A stretch of 62,860 nt of DNA, counting the filler, from Asterionella formosa (taxonomy: Eukaryota): NCBI GenBank assembly GCA_002256025.1. It is 13 parts of 13 records of this genome, joined end to end, with 100 filler letters (N's around TTAATTAATTAA, not from the genome) between each part and the next. Parts side by side here need not be neighbours in the genome. Positions count along the whole stretch, not along the records: positions 49,379 to 50,784 come from NKIB01002559.1; positions 50,885 to 52,283 come from NKIB01002560.1; positions 52,384 to 53,795 come from NKIB01002561.1; positions 53,896 to 55,307 come from NKIB01002562.1; positions 55,408 to 56,818 come from NKIB01002563.1; positions 56,919 to 58,329 come from NKIB01002564.1; positions 58,430 to 59,840 come from NKIB01002565.1; positions 59,941 to 61,349 come from NKIB01002566.1; 5 more parts are not named here. One strand, given 5' to 3'. The position numbers and the translations under genes are program-made. Below are positions 49,379 to 61,449 of this stretch, in pieces (position 1 is the first letter of the stretch; each line of letters opens with the position of its first letter). The notes under the pieces are model-generated. The model ran no database searches. It was not told where the DNA came from and saw nothing but the letters and a program-made list of their open reading frames with translations.

Positions 49379-50784
49379 AATACCCTGAGTTCGTTTGCAC
49401 TTGCAATAAGCATGAGGATTCTGGCACTGATTCCTTTCATGTTGGTCGTGTATGTATCGTGTCCTGAGGCATCGATCATGTGACCTCCTAGAATCAGCCG
49501 GGCCTTTCTCCGTAAATCCTGCTTGACGTCAAATATCATCATCAGTCGAGCATACTGAAATCCATCCCGTTTGAAGGATTTAGATTCGTCCGGTCCAAGA
49601 ATGTTGAAGATTTGCATCTCCATGAGAGCACCAATTTCCTTCTTTCTTGCCTGTTGCCACAGGTCATCACCGTTCAGCTTGGTGTCCAGAGCAATAGCTT
49701 CTCCTACCGTCCTGGGGATTTTCACCCCATATTTGACTTCACATCCACTTGAGGGATGCGGTCTCCTTTTGTTCCTGCCCGGCTTCGAGTTGGTTTTCAC
49801 CCGCCGCCGACTGGAAAAGGCTGAGTTGCTTCGGGTCAGGGTCACCACTGTGGCGCTAGCATCATGTGCATGTCGCCTCCGGATTGAAGTATTTGGTTCT
49901 ATTAGCCTGGTCCTATACAATGAAGTATCTAGGGTCCCTAGCGTTCTCTGAGACCATTCCCTGAGGGTACGGGACATGATCTTTTTCGACCTGAGATACG
50001 TTGCCAGCAAATATGGCGCATCTAGTTTCAGGTCATCAAGATCGCATTGGATCACTTCTCCCGACCGGTACTTTACTCGGAATATAATGGTTTTCACTCC
50101 ATCCCTAGTAGTGGTTTTATGACTAAGAATAGTTTTAATAGTTGAATAGTCTACCCCCTCGGTAGGAGGGGCATATAGTTCTAGGACACGGTTTGCCTCC
50201 GCTTCTGTCATTTCAAGCCATCGCTTGCGAACTTCTGCTTCCTCCGGGCCGAGTTTTCCCACATCAGTACTCTCCGGTATGGTTCCTTCCACGAAGTCCA
50301 CGTTTTTATGCGCCCCGGTAACTGGGGTATGTTTACTTCTGCCCTCACGCGGCCCCGGTGTTATGCGAGTTCCACCGTTGTTCTTGTCAGCTTCGTCAGG
50401 TTGTTTACTCTGTTCCCGTACCCTTTTCCTCCCCCCCCCCTCGAGGTTGGCACTAACAACTTCTGGACCATTCTTCGGCAGTTTGGGAGTTGCGAAGAAG
50501 TAGTCACTTGTGTATTTGACCAAGGTTCTTGGAAACTCCTCGTCTGGATGCCGAGGGAGCACCACGCTTCGGTGGATTTCTCTGGAGATGATGTCTTTTT
50601 CATCTATCCAGATGCGGTAGCACATGTTGTCTCCCTTCGTCCAGGCAATCCCCACAAAGCGTCCACGAAGGTACCTCTTCGCTGGATACTTTCTATTGCT
50701 CATGAGGTACCAGACTGGCTCCCAGAACTTAAATCTGAAAACTGAGATGTCTGGCGTATCCCCATCAAGCGCCTCCCACGGCGT
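49379..50784 (-). mobile_element. Ty1/copia (CoDi-like) pol fragment: integrase C-term, chromo-like segment, start of RT
   Basis: GRFVGIAWTKGD; KYGVKIPRTVGEAIALD...WQQARKKE; MIFDVKQDLRRKARLILGGH; open frame. Confidence 0.92.
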
Positions 50785-51739
50785 NNNNNNNNNNNNNNNN
50801 NNNNNNNNNNNNNNNNNNNNNNNNNNNNTTAATTAATTAANNNNNNNNNNNNNNNNNNNNNNNNNNNNNNNNNNNNNNNNNNNNCAGAGCACGACGCATT
50901 TCATTATTCCCAAGGTTCAACCCTGCCCTGCCAAAAACAGATTGATTGTCTGTAGAAAAAGAACAAGGTTCGCAGAGTATGTTCATGACTGACCACTTTT
51001 CCAATTCCAAACGGCACAAGTAAGAGGAAGAACGAAATGGAGGTAAAGGAACTACAACAGCAATCAAACATAGTTCCGAACACGAGACGAAGAAAACGAG
51101 CGACAGTGCAGAGCAACAACAAAAAGAACAACAGCAATGTGACAAAAGACCTGTTTCCATTTCCCAAAATATTAACTGCTTACCATTATTTCTCGAACTT
51201 TCAGATGCATCCTTTCTGTGATGACAAGCAAGGAGAAACAAAAAATGCCTGCCTGTTTCTTCCAGAGGAACCAGCCCACAACAGAGTCCTTCTTGTTATC
51301 TGGAAGCGAAGAACAAAATTCACAGAGTCAGATGATGGCTGGTTTTTAACAAACAAGACCTTTTTACATTCCATATCAAACAATGCATGTTCAAGTTCAA
51401 ACGCAGGGCGAGGAACACCAAGAAAGAGAAGGGTATACAGCCACAGTAACCACAACGAAAGAACAATAGAATAAGAACAAGAAAAATGACAGCAGAAACA
51501 GCAGGGACAGCGATAACGACAACGAGAACACAACCATGATAGCAGAAAAGACGACAAAAACGACAACAATAACTAACAATAATTTCATTTTACCATGAAT
51601 GTGATATTTTGTTCCTTTCATTCCAGCAGCTGCTTTTCGTTAAGAAAACTGGCACGGACGGTCCTCCTCGCCAACATTCATTTTGTACTACATTTTTGTA
51701 CATTGTACTTCAGAAAAAGCTGGCGCAGTCTATGCTTAG

Positions 51740-52283
51740 TCAGTATTGATCAAATTCGTCATCAGGATGCGTAAAATTTTCGGTGCTTGCTGTGGACTGA
51801 TGACCAGTGCTGTAGCACCTAAATTCCAATTCATTTCTTTCTCAACCAATTTGATGCCGATTTCTATATAATATATTATTTGATGTACCCGAAATCAAAG
51901 GCTTCTTGTCGAATGTCGATATGCTCAGAACGAACGTATATTGTCCAAAGGAGGCATCAGGATGTGTAAATTTTAGGACCACTGCTTTAACAACCAAACT
52001 TCCAATTCATCTTTCTCTACCAATTCATTGTCAATTTCTATCTAGCATAGTATTCGATTTATACGAGATATCAATGCCGATATTTCGAAAGCTCAGAACG
52101 AACATACATTGATCAAATTGCTCATCAAGATGGTGTGTAAATTTTCGGTACTTGTGGCTTGATCATTAGTGCAGTAGCAACAAAAATTCCAAACAACCCT
52201 TCTCAACCAAATTAAGGCAGATTTCTATCTAGCATAGTATTCGATGTACACAAAATCAATGCAGTCGTGTCGAATGTTCATAT
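51740..52283. repeat. Diverged ~180-bp tandem repeat (3 units)
   Basis: attgatcaaatt...catcaggatg.gtaaatttt at ~51745, 51940, 52108. Confidence 0.7.
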
Positions 52284-52383
52284 NNNNNNNNNNNNNNNNN
52301 NNNNNNNNNNNNNNNNNNNNNNNNNNNTTAATTAATTAANNNNNNNNNNNNNNNNNNNNNNNNNNNNNNNNNNNNNNNNNNNN

Positions 52384-52451
52384 ACATAATTATTTGAAAT
52401 ACTTCACATAATTATTTGAAATACTTCACATAATTATTTGAAATACTTCAA
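52384..52451. repeat. 22-bp tandem repeat, 3 copies
   Basis: acataattatttgaaatacttc x3. Confidence 0.95.
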
Positions 52452-52776
52452 TTAATTCTGTAATTCAGTTCACATTGCCTTAAATTTTTGTTCACGTAAT
52501 TCTATAATATGGTTCACGTAATTTATTAATTTTTTTTACGTATTTTATAAGTACTATCAAATAATGTTGATTACTAATTCAACAACCGGTATTTCACATT
52601 ACATGGGAAACAAATCTCGATATGCAATCAAACAAAGAAGTTCTTTCAGAATGGCATCTTCAGTCTTGAGAAGGCAGGCATTATGAGAAGTCTGTAAGGA
52701 CAATGCAAGACAAACAGAAGCGATGCAGAATACAGTTGCTTCCCAATCATCTCATCATGATTGATAAGATGATACT

Positions 52777-53038
52777 GTGATATCATGATAAGGTTACATC
52801 GATGCATACATCACCAAAGTATGATACGTAATATTGAATAAAGTACATCACATAGCTATGATACATTGATCCTAAAATTATGATGATTTTATGAAATATA
52901 TATGATATGATATCATGATAAGGTTACATCGATGCATACATCACCGAAGTATGATACGTAATATTGAATAAAATACATCACATAGCTATGATACATTGAT
53001 CCTAAAATTATGATGATTTTATAAAATGTATATGATAT
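52777..53038. repeat. ~130-bp near-identical tandem duplication
   Basis: tgatatcatgataaggttacatcgatgcatacatcacc...atgatgattttat occurs twice. Confidence 0.95.
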
Positions 53039-53348
53039 AATATTGATCAAAATATGATCATGTAAAAATAGTACAATGACAATAAAATACGATAAAATAT
53101 GTACGCAAGTGTTATCGATACATCACAGAATATAAATCAAGCAATCATAAAGTTTGTTAATTAATGTATATATATATATGTTTGTTGTTTAATATATACA
53201 GTTAAAGTCAACACTTAATATGATAGTATTTTACAGTGGATAGGATCTAAGTATACGGATGCGTTGATATGTACATCACTATAATATGATTTGTGATATG
53301 GATTGATGCATATCACATACCGGTATCCTCAACAACCAGCCATCACGT

Positions 53349-53593
53349 TCATTGTCGTGTCGTCTTTCCTTGTTTTAGATATATATATGCTCAGATCCGT
53401 TCCATTGCAAATCTTCCTTCAATAGGTCAAACTCGTCATCCTTGAGCATTTGCCTTCCAGTGGCATCGTAGGACTGAAGCGCGTCCAGAAAGATACGCTC
53501 CTTTTCGGCTACTGTGAGACGAATGAGTTCCCCACTTTCCGGATCGATGACACAGTATTCCTCGTCAGGACTACTTTCGTTTTTGCTTGATTC
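53349..53593 (-). pseudogene. PGRL1: PGRL1 (PGR5-like 1) gene fragment in a foreign context
   Basis: Manual translation DEEYCVIDPESGELIRLTVAEKERIFLDALQSYDATGRQMLKDDEFDLLKEDLQWNGS, then unrelated residues and a stop; AG acceptor at 53594-53595; absent from the ORF track. Confidence 0.85.
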
Positions 53594-53895
53594 CTATGGG
53601 GAAAGATGAAAGTAAGAATTTTTATTTACTCATAAATAGTTACTAACAAAATGGTTATTTGTTTTTAATCAAGTACAGCCATTTGCAAATAACCGGACGC
53701 TGGTGTCGTTTCTTTTGCTCCATCGACCGAGTCGGACAGAAGTGTCATGTTTTTGACAAGTCTCTTCAATCCAACCACTCCTCATATTCGAAACCNNNNN
53801 NNNNNNNNNNNNNNNNNNNNNNNNNNNNNNNNNNNNNNNTTAATTAATTAANNNNNNNNNNNNNNNNNNNNNNNNNNNNNNNNNNNNNNNNNNNN

Positions 53896-55307
53896 GTGTG
53901 TATGTTGTTATTTTGTTGTTTCAGTTTGGCGACAGTTTGTCCATTTATTTGCTTTATAGCTGGCAACAAAAAGAAATGAATCCATGGAGAACCACTTCTT
54001 TTACTGTTATCCAAAGCTCCTCCATGGACTATATCTCCACGCATGAGGAAGAAGAATTTTATTTCTATGGACAAGCAAATGTATTGCATGTTTCTCATCT
54101 GCGCAATTCTCCCGTACATTTAAACAGTTCCCTACTAAAGAAAATGACATTATCATTCCCCAAGTCATAGGTGTTTCCCTTTTGCATTCTGTTGGTGTAT
54201 AACCTTGGTTCGGTTTCTGAGGTTTTGGGTGACTAGCCATTCTTTCCAGAATTGGTGAGCAACATAGTGGCATTGTGTGGTATCACTCTGTTACTATTGA
54301 CGAAGACATCATTGGAATATGGTAGTGAAAAGCACTTTATCATATGCCAAAATGAATTTAAATTTGGCAGATCCAGCTTCGAATATTTTAAGCAAGCTGT
54401 CAGTATAATGTTTGAAAGGAAACACTCGCATGGCTTTTCATTCCATGGTATTTGCAAGTGCTTTATATGTTGCAGTTGTTTTGAATGTTTGTTTTCACAA
54501 ACGAAAAGGAGCGTTATAGATTTTCTTGGAAGTACAAAATGATTTTGCCACGTGTAAAATTTTTTGTCATTTTCTTCCGTTCCAAAAAACTCATCTTGAA
54601 GGTAAGATAAATTGAGGAAAAACATGCATTCTTGTTCAATTCTGTCGATAACATAAAGGAAATGGTCTGTTCTCAGAACTTTTTTGATTAACCATAATGA
54701 ATCAATGATGAAACATAGGAAATAGTCTATTTCTGCTGCATTTGGTGCTATACTTTTGTTTTTCTGATGTTATATCCTATATGATACCAAAATTTCCTTG
54801 AATTTCCAAAGGATGTTTTGTTAAACAAGCCAGACTGTAGGACCAAATAGAATTTGTTGAGAACAAAATCAAGAACACTGTTATCTAGTCTCTCCTTGCC
54901 TTTGTCATCATGATCAAAGTATCTAACCAGTAAGAGTCGTTCCTTGCTCTTCCGTTGTCTCTTGAACAGACTTGAAATGCGCCGCAGAAACACGTTTTTT
55001 CTGATTGAGCAATCTCTGATCGGTATCCCCTTCACAACCAAGATCGTCCCATTCTTTGTAGCACTCGGAACCTTTGCCATTCCCGATAACAAGTGATATA
55101 TTGCACTATCAATAGTGTGCAAATTTCAAGAGAAATGTGAGTGTAACAGAAGAAAGCAGGAAAGGATAATTGTCTGTCAACTTTATGGTTAGACAGCGAT
55201 GTCATACCAACATACTCAGTAGCTAATAGACATGAGATTGGTAGCGCCAAGCAATAGTTTCAAAGTACCAACATAGTACATAGTAGGTAAAGTTTCACAA
55301 TAGACAC
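53896..55307 (-). pseudogene. Degenerate repeat-borne ORF(s), with PhyH/2OG-Fe(II)-oxygenase-like motifs near the 3' end
   Basis: 54775-55300 homologous to 6230-6770; PQKPNQGY...TPMTWGMIMSF...GNCLNV and FLMRGDIVHGG...WIHF across frameshifts. Confidence 0.5.
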
Positions 55308-55834
55308 NNNNNNNNNNNNNNNNNNNNNNNNNNNNNNNNNNNNNNNNNNNNTTAATTAATTAANNNNNNNNNNNNNNNNNNNNNNNNNNNNNNNNNNNNN
55401 NNNNNNNTTCAATTTTTTGAAAATCAGTGCCCTTCTGCTATGTCACACATTTTGACTCATATCGTTTTATCTTTCAAAACAGGGTTCAGCGTCTTTCGCA
55501 CAATGTGGTGTCATTTCCGGGTTTCGAGCAAAAACTGACAGTTGGTACTACTCATCAATTTTGGGTACCGGTTATTAATTGCTTTGAGCCACCACGTTAT
55601 GATATCATTTTCCAACTAATTAAGATTTATGCTAAAATCAATCCCCTCTTTCGCCCTTTGGCACGATATTAGTTAGTTCATTGAGCTACATGAGAATTAG
55701 ATCATTTTTGTTCTTGAACATTTATCAACTGAAATCTTTCCATTTTAAAAGTGACAAAACCAGTCAAAGTGGCTAAAAGCCATTGATGAAAGCTTTGACA
55801 TGGATGTAGTTATCTTTAGATGATAATGGGTTAT

Positions 55835-56202
55835 ATAGCTCACTCCCACTCCCCTTTTTCAAGGCGAGTATTCATTGTGCTTCCTTCTGACAAGACCTGT
55901 GCTTCCCTAGTTTTGTTAGTACAGTAGTAGGCAATTCCTCAACCACCCACCCTTCACAAAAGATGATCATCTTGGCTGCTGCATAAGGGGAAACTCCAAC
56001 CTCCTGGGAAGGCGACACAAGCTGCATGTAGTGGGGAACCCACTATTTCTTGTACACCAGCAGACCAGGCAAGAAGACTGTGCGGGATTTGAAGGATTGT
56101 GGGAGTCGAACCCAACAATTGCTTCTCAAAAAAATTAAGAGAATTGAACCTCACAACCTCAGACAAAAGGCAACATGCTCAACTAACTACCATAAGCCAT
56201 TC
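55835..56202 (-). mobile_element. tRNA-derived SINE, copy 2 (diverged)
   Basis: Colinear with 20722-21071, e.g. aacccactatttcttgtacac and aattgcttctcaaaaaaatt...gaattgaacctcacaacctcaga. Confidence 0.8.
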
Positions 56203-57810
56203 TTCTGACAGCAATGGTTAGAAAATATAATATTGTTAACCTTTTTTGCAGTTGTTGCTTCGTTTATAGGTGTGTACCGGTATGTTCTTTGATCATGCAC
56301 CCTACTACCCATATGATATTGGGTACTGGTACCGGGACCCTGGTACATAGATTATTCAACATGCAATCAGTATACCGTTACTAGAAGTACCTGGCATGAA
56401 TCCTTCGTACCACATGTACGAAAGGATCGGGATTCTATTTTTACTGGACACATTGTATGAATCGGTACCTGGTACCTGGTACCTGGTAGTCTAATGTTGT
56501 AGAAATGATTGGTACTGTAGGATAGTGCCGGATATATATACAGTAAGTACAGGAAATATAACAAACAAAATGATAAAATTTGATAGGTGGGCGACGAGCC
56601 TCGTAGGCATCTGGTTTGCCAACACGACAACCAGTGGTCCAAGACTCCTGCTGCTCCTTGATGTTCGGCAGGGTTCGCATCCGTTGTACTGTAAACATCA
56701 ACTGATGTCTCGTTGTGAAAACAGGTGAATAATTCATACCGGTATATAAGTATTATTTATGTAATAACAAAGAGGCTTCGCTTTACATACACTAACTAGA
56801 GCGCTGCACACAGAATGGNNNNNNNNNNNNNNNNNNNNNNNNNNNNNNNNNNNNNNNNNNNNTTAATTAATTAANNNNNNNNNNNNNNNNNNNNNNNNNN
56901 NNNNNNNNNNNNNNNNNNCTGGCATCAACAATCAAGTCGGTTTCAATGTCTACCATGGAGGGGCTAACCTGATGGTCTAGATGTCAAAAGGCATCGAAAA
57001 TCATGTTGGGTTTGAAGTGGGTCATGAAATGGGCTAGTAACCTGAAGGTCTAGCTATCAAAAATACATGTGCTGAAATGTTGATTTGGAACTACCAAATT
57101 TGCACTACCATATTAGAGGCACCAATTGGGTTCCAAATTGGAATCATCTTAGTACTTAATTTGGAAGTAGATTTGGGTATCTAATTTACTGTGACATCAC
57201 ATCCTACATCATTATAACATCTATGTAGAAATGTGCACCCTAAAGTTTGAGAGGCTTTGTACCAAGAATGCTGTTCCAAATTGGCATCAAAACTACCAAT
57301 TTGGGAACATTTGCTTTATTGGCTGCCAATTTGGTTTTCATGGCCAACTAACTACACTTCTGTGACATCAAATTTTTTGATGTCAATTCAGCCAGGTTTC
57401 CAAATTGGGTATTTCTTGGCTCCTGTTAACACAGATGCCAGTATGTTACTGTCTTGATTTCTATTCCTTCATCCTTGTTGCTTCAAAAAAAAGGGTACCT
57501 GTAAATACTTCAATGTATATGTCAAAATTTCAACATTCTGATATAGGTTACCAAGTTGGTCAGGCCTATTTATGTATTATATACATACATGAATGAATAC
57601 ATAAAAATAAAATGCATTATACATCTGATCATGAAAAAATCATATGATGATAGCATCTCGACCCGACATCAACTACCGGTAAGGGGGAGTTTGGGTCATT
57701 GATACCAAGTCATGATGCATCCATCACCTTGTTCAAAAAAGCAAAAATATTAGCCACTGATGATGGTCCAAAATATACCAGTATCCCGTTTTGCTCTTTC
57801 GTGAGACAAA

Positions 57811-58329
57811 CTAATAATTCAGGTCCCTCAATGGCAGCTTCATACCAGAAGTCATCCTCCGAGCAATCATTTCAGCTGTCACTGCTTTACCCTTTCGCTC
57901 CCACTCTAGTCGGTTCTCCAAGGCAAATTTCAGACACTCGTCTGAAGAAATTCCAAAGACGCCACATTCCTTGAGTTTTTTGGCCAGTGGGATTATGTAA
58001 AAGTCGAAAAATCCAAGTTCACTCTCGTACCAATATAACCCAGGGTCAGTATCAGCCCTGCCCTCGAGATAGGTATCATACATTTCATTGAAAAGCTTTT
58101 CATTCCATTTCCTAAATATATGCCAATGCTGCATTGTGTGAGCCACATCGGATGCCTGGATTATGTGCTCCACAACGATTGTTGCCTTTGGATTGTCCCT
58201 GCAAATTGTATGATTGGGGTCAGGTTCAACATGAAATGCTTCTGTCCATCTCATCTGCCGGTTCAACTTCAATTCGTTGTCGCATATATCAGTTGCCAAT
58301 ACTGCATTAACCAAGAGCTCTTTGAAACG
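57811..58329 (-). CDS. Cyclic-nucleotide phosphodiesterase catalytic C-terminus (partial)
   Basis: NAVLATDI, EHIIQASDVAHTMQHW, ELGFFDFYIIPLAKKLKECGVFG; 5' part lost at the linker. Confidence 0.92.
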   Translation of the reverse strand, partial: RFKELLVNAVLATDICDNELKLNRQMRWTEAFHVEPDPNHTICRDNPKATIVVEHIIQASDVAHTMQHWHIFRKWNEKLFNEMYDTYLEGRADTDPGLYWYESELGFFDFYIIPLAKKLKECGVFGISSDECLKFALENRLEWERKGKAVTAEMIARRMTSGMKLPLRDLNY

Positions 58330-60278
58330 NNNNNNNNNNNNNNNNNNNNNNNNNNNNNNNNNNNNNNNNNNNNTTAATTAATTAANNNNNNNNNNNNNNN
58401 NNNNNNNNNNNNNNNNNNNNNNNNNNNNNCTGCTGCACTCGCACTGATAGGCTCGCTGCCATCTGCGGGCGGCTACCGGGGGGTCTCTGTTGTGCAACAG
58501 CTTGCTGGGCATGGTATTGGTGGTCGGCCATGCTCAACTTTGGTTATGTCGTCGGACGGCGAATCATTCGACGAAATATAATTACGTGCATGCCGGTAAT
58601 AGAGGACGACTGTGTCTTATTAACAAGGAACGTAGGTATCATCGGTAGTGCTAGTGTATAATCAATCACATATAACGGTATGTATGTAGGGCGGTTACAT
58701 TGTTGTATCATTGTACCCAAGCGTGTCGTACTCAGCCCTACATACATATAGCTGGAACCCTGGTAACCCCAGTAGGTACCAGGTACTGTACTGCAGGATC
58801 TACCAGCAAGGAACGGTACCAAGGTATCATTCATTTTACTACTTGCTATATGTACTGGTATGGTACCTGGTACCCGGTACCAGTACCCAACGATAAGTTC
58901 CCTGGAGTACCAGGTACCAGGTACCTTTTCCCTGTTTACGAGCAGGTACCGATACCCCTGGTGATAGGTACTGGTAGTACCCTGTACCAGTTATCTGGTA
59001 CCTGGTACACAACTTTACCTTTTTCGATGGCGTACAGCACCGTAGCATGTCCTGTATGATCAAGGTACAGTACCTGGTACTCCCTGGTACCTGGTATGAT
59101 TGTTTGCCGCGCTGAAGGCATTATGGCCGTTAATGGTATCCATTCGACTCATGATACCATCGTAGCTTTGGCGAACAATCAAAGTCGGATAACGAGCATA
59201 CCGGACAACCGGTGCTAACTAAGACATCCACGATACGGTATACTGTATCGAACTGGTGGCATAAAATCAATATCTATATATTCAATTATTTAAAATACCA
59301 CATTTTTTGTTGCATGAAAATATATACAACTTTGCTGCCTCGCCAACCCCAACGGACAACGAAGCACCACCACAGCCACATGCACCACCAGCCCAGTCTG
59401 GTGGAGTGGGGTGTACGTATTCCTTGAACATGATACACTCCGGTAGGTAGGTCATACATATCGGGGGCACCAGGTACCTGTTAGACTACCTCGTATTGGT
59501 TCCAGAAACCTGGTAGGAGTACCAAGTACTAGGAAGGTTATTCGGAATACCATCTACTCGGAGTACCCATTTTACATTTACATAAAAATAGAAGTTTAGC
59601 TAAAACAATATGTAGTCGGAGTACAGTAGACTACCTGAGGTACCTGGTAATGTTTCATTTTAAGTATGGTACCTGGTACCTGGTACCAGGTACCTGGAAC
59701 TACCCTGGTACTACCCTGGAAGGTCCAGGTGAGCACATTCTATGCGCACCTTTTCAGTTTCGACACACTCCCAAGAGGGGATCATCTCATGTCTGCCGGA
59801 TGAGATAGGCCACCTTTTGATGAAAACAATATTCCTTGAGNNNNNNNNNNNNNNNNNNNNNNNNNNNNNNNNNNNNNNNNNNNNTTAATTAATTAANNNN
59901 NNNNNNNNNNNNNNNNNNNNNNNNNNNNNNNNNNNNNNNNTGATTTTCCTGCATACACATCATCTTGCAGAATTGTCTAAGTCTTTCTTTAGCATTTGCT
60001 GGATTGTCAGTTCTTAGCAGAAAACCCACTGTTTCTTGGGTTAGTGCATTGGTCCATACACTCTGTCTCAGGATAATGGCCAAGGAAACAAGAAAACAAC
60101 TGCCTTTTGACAGGGATGCAATCAATGAGAACCTAGCTTGGCGCATCCCTCTTGTCCTTAGAATTTGCGTTCAACACAGATGCAGCTTGGCCATCAGAGC
60201 GACAAGGAATCAAATATTTGCAGTTAGTTTTCTTGTTAGTTGGAAGCAATTGTCGATTTGGCTGACCACGTGGAATTG

Positions 60279-60356
60279 ACAGACACAACACACACAACAC
60301 ACACACACACACACACACACAGAGACACAGACAGACAAGACACACAGACACAGACA
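60279..60356. repeat. Imperfect (CA)n microsatellite
   Basis: acacacacacacacacacacac with cag interruptions. Confidence 0.9.
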
Positions 60357-60609
60357 TTTTCTTGGACAATAGCATGGCATACTGCAGGGTTCCATTGGTC
60401 CGTTGGTAGAATATTCTATGTACCAAAATGTGAAGAAAAATTCTACCCCCAGTATTACTGGGTAGAATTTTTGCCTTTCTCTATACCATATTTTCACCAC
60501 GGTCAAGCAAGGGAGGAAAACCGGACAGTATTGACCTGTCCAGAGTAGAACACTACCGGAGCCCTACAGAAAAATACTACTTTGGTAGAATTTCGTCAAA
60601 AATGTATCA

Positions 60610-61222
60610 GTATACCTGTAGTAAGTATCAGGTACCTGGTACCTGGTACCAGGACCAGGTACCGGTATGTATTATGTATGTACATACCGGTACGTACCGG
60701 TAGGCATATTTGAGCACCGTTACCGGTAGTACCTGGTACCTGGTACCTGGTACCTGGTACCTGGTACCGGTAGACTATCTTAGTTAATAACGGTACCTGG
60801 TACCTGGTACCTGGTACCAGTAGTCTACCATGTACCTGGTAAATTGTATGTACATACCGGTAGAGTGAGGGTAGGAGTACTGGTACCAGGTACCAGGTAC
60901 GAGGTACTAGGTACGTAGTGTACCCTTAAGTCTACTGGATGGTACCGGTACTAGGTACCTGGTACCTGTGCAAGTTGCGGTAATTTTGCTGAAACTAAAG
61001 ATTTATCATACCGGTAGCTATGTAGTTTTATCCCAGATGAAATTGTTTGTTTACCGGTACCTGGTAAGCAAAATGACCGCAACTTGCTTGGTATGCATGC
61101 ACTGTAGACAAATACCGGTAAATATGCTTCTTGTTCGCGTCGAGTGTCGAAGGGCCATGTCCCGGTATGTATGATACCAGTACCAGGTACCTGGTACCTG
61201 GTACCAGTAGTCTACCAGGTAC
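60610..61222. repeat. Dense TACCTGG/TACCAGG/TACCGG cluster
   Basis: (TACCTGG)5 at 60730-60764 plus many variants; similar clusters at 58760-59100 and 59640-59720. Confidence 0.9.
60964..61092. mobile_element. MITE family A copy 3, carrying TA-site insertions
   Basis: GCAAGTTGCGGTAATTTTGC...GCAAAATGACCGCAACTTGC inverted ends; TA on both flanks. Confidence 0.7.
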
Positions 61223-61449
61223 TGTGTCGTTCGTATGTATGAGGTGGTAAGAGAGATGATGGTGAAGAAAGGTTTTAGAGTCAGGTTCCACAGTACGTAT
61301 TTTGTACATTGTATACCTAGGGCGGTCGTTTTGAGAAAAGGTTCATGAANNNNNNNNNNNNNNNNNNNNNNNNNNNNNNNNNNNNNNNNNNNNTTAATTA
61401 ATTAANNNNNNNNNNNNNNNNNNNNNNNNNNNNNNNNNNNNNNNNNNNN

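Noticed and set aside
50885..51600. A-rich ORFs on both strands
   Set aside because: Low-complexity sequence with no recognisable protein motif
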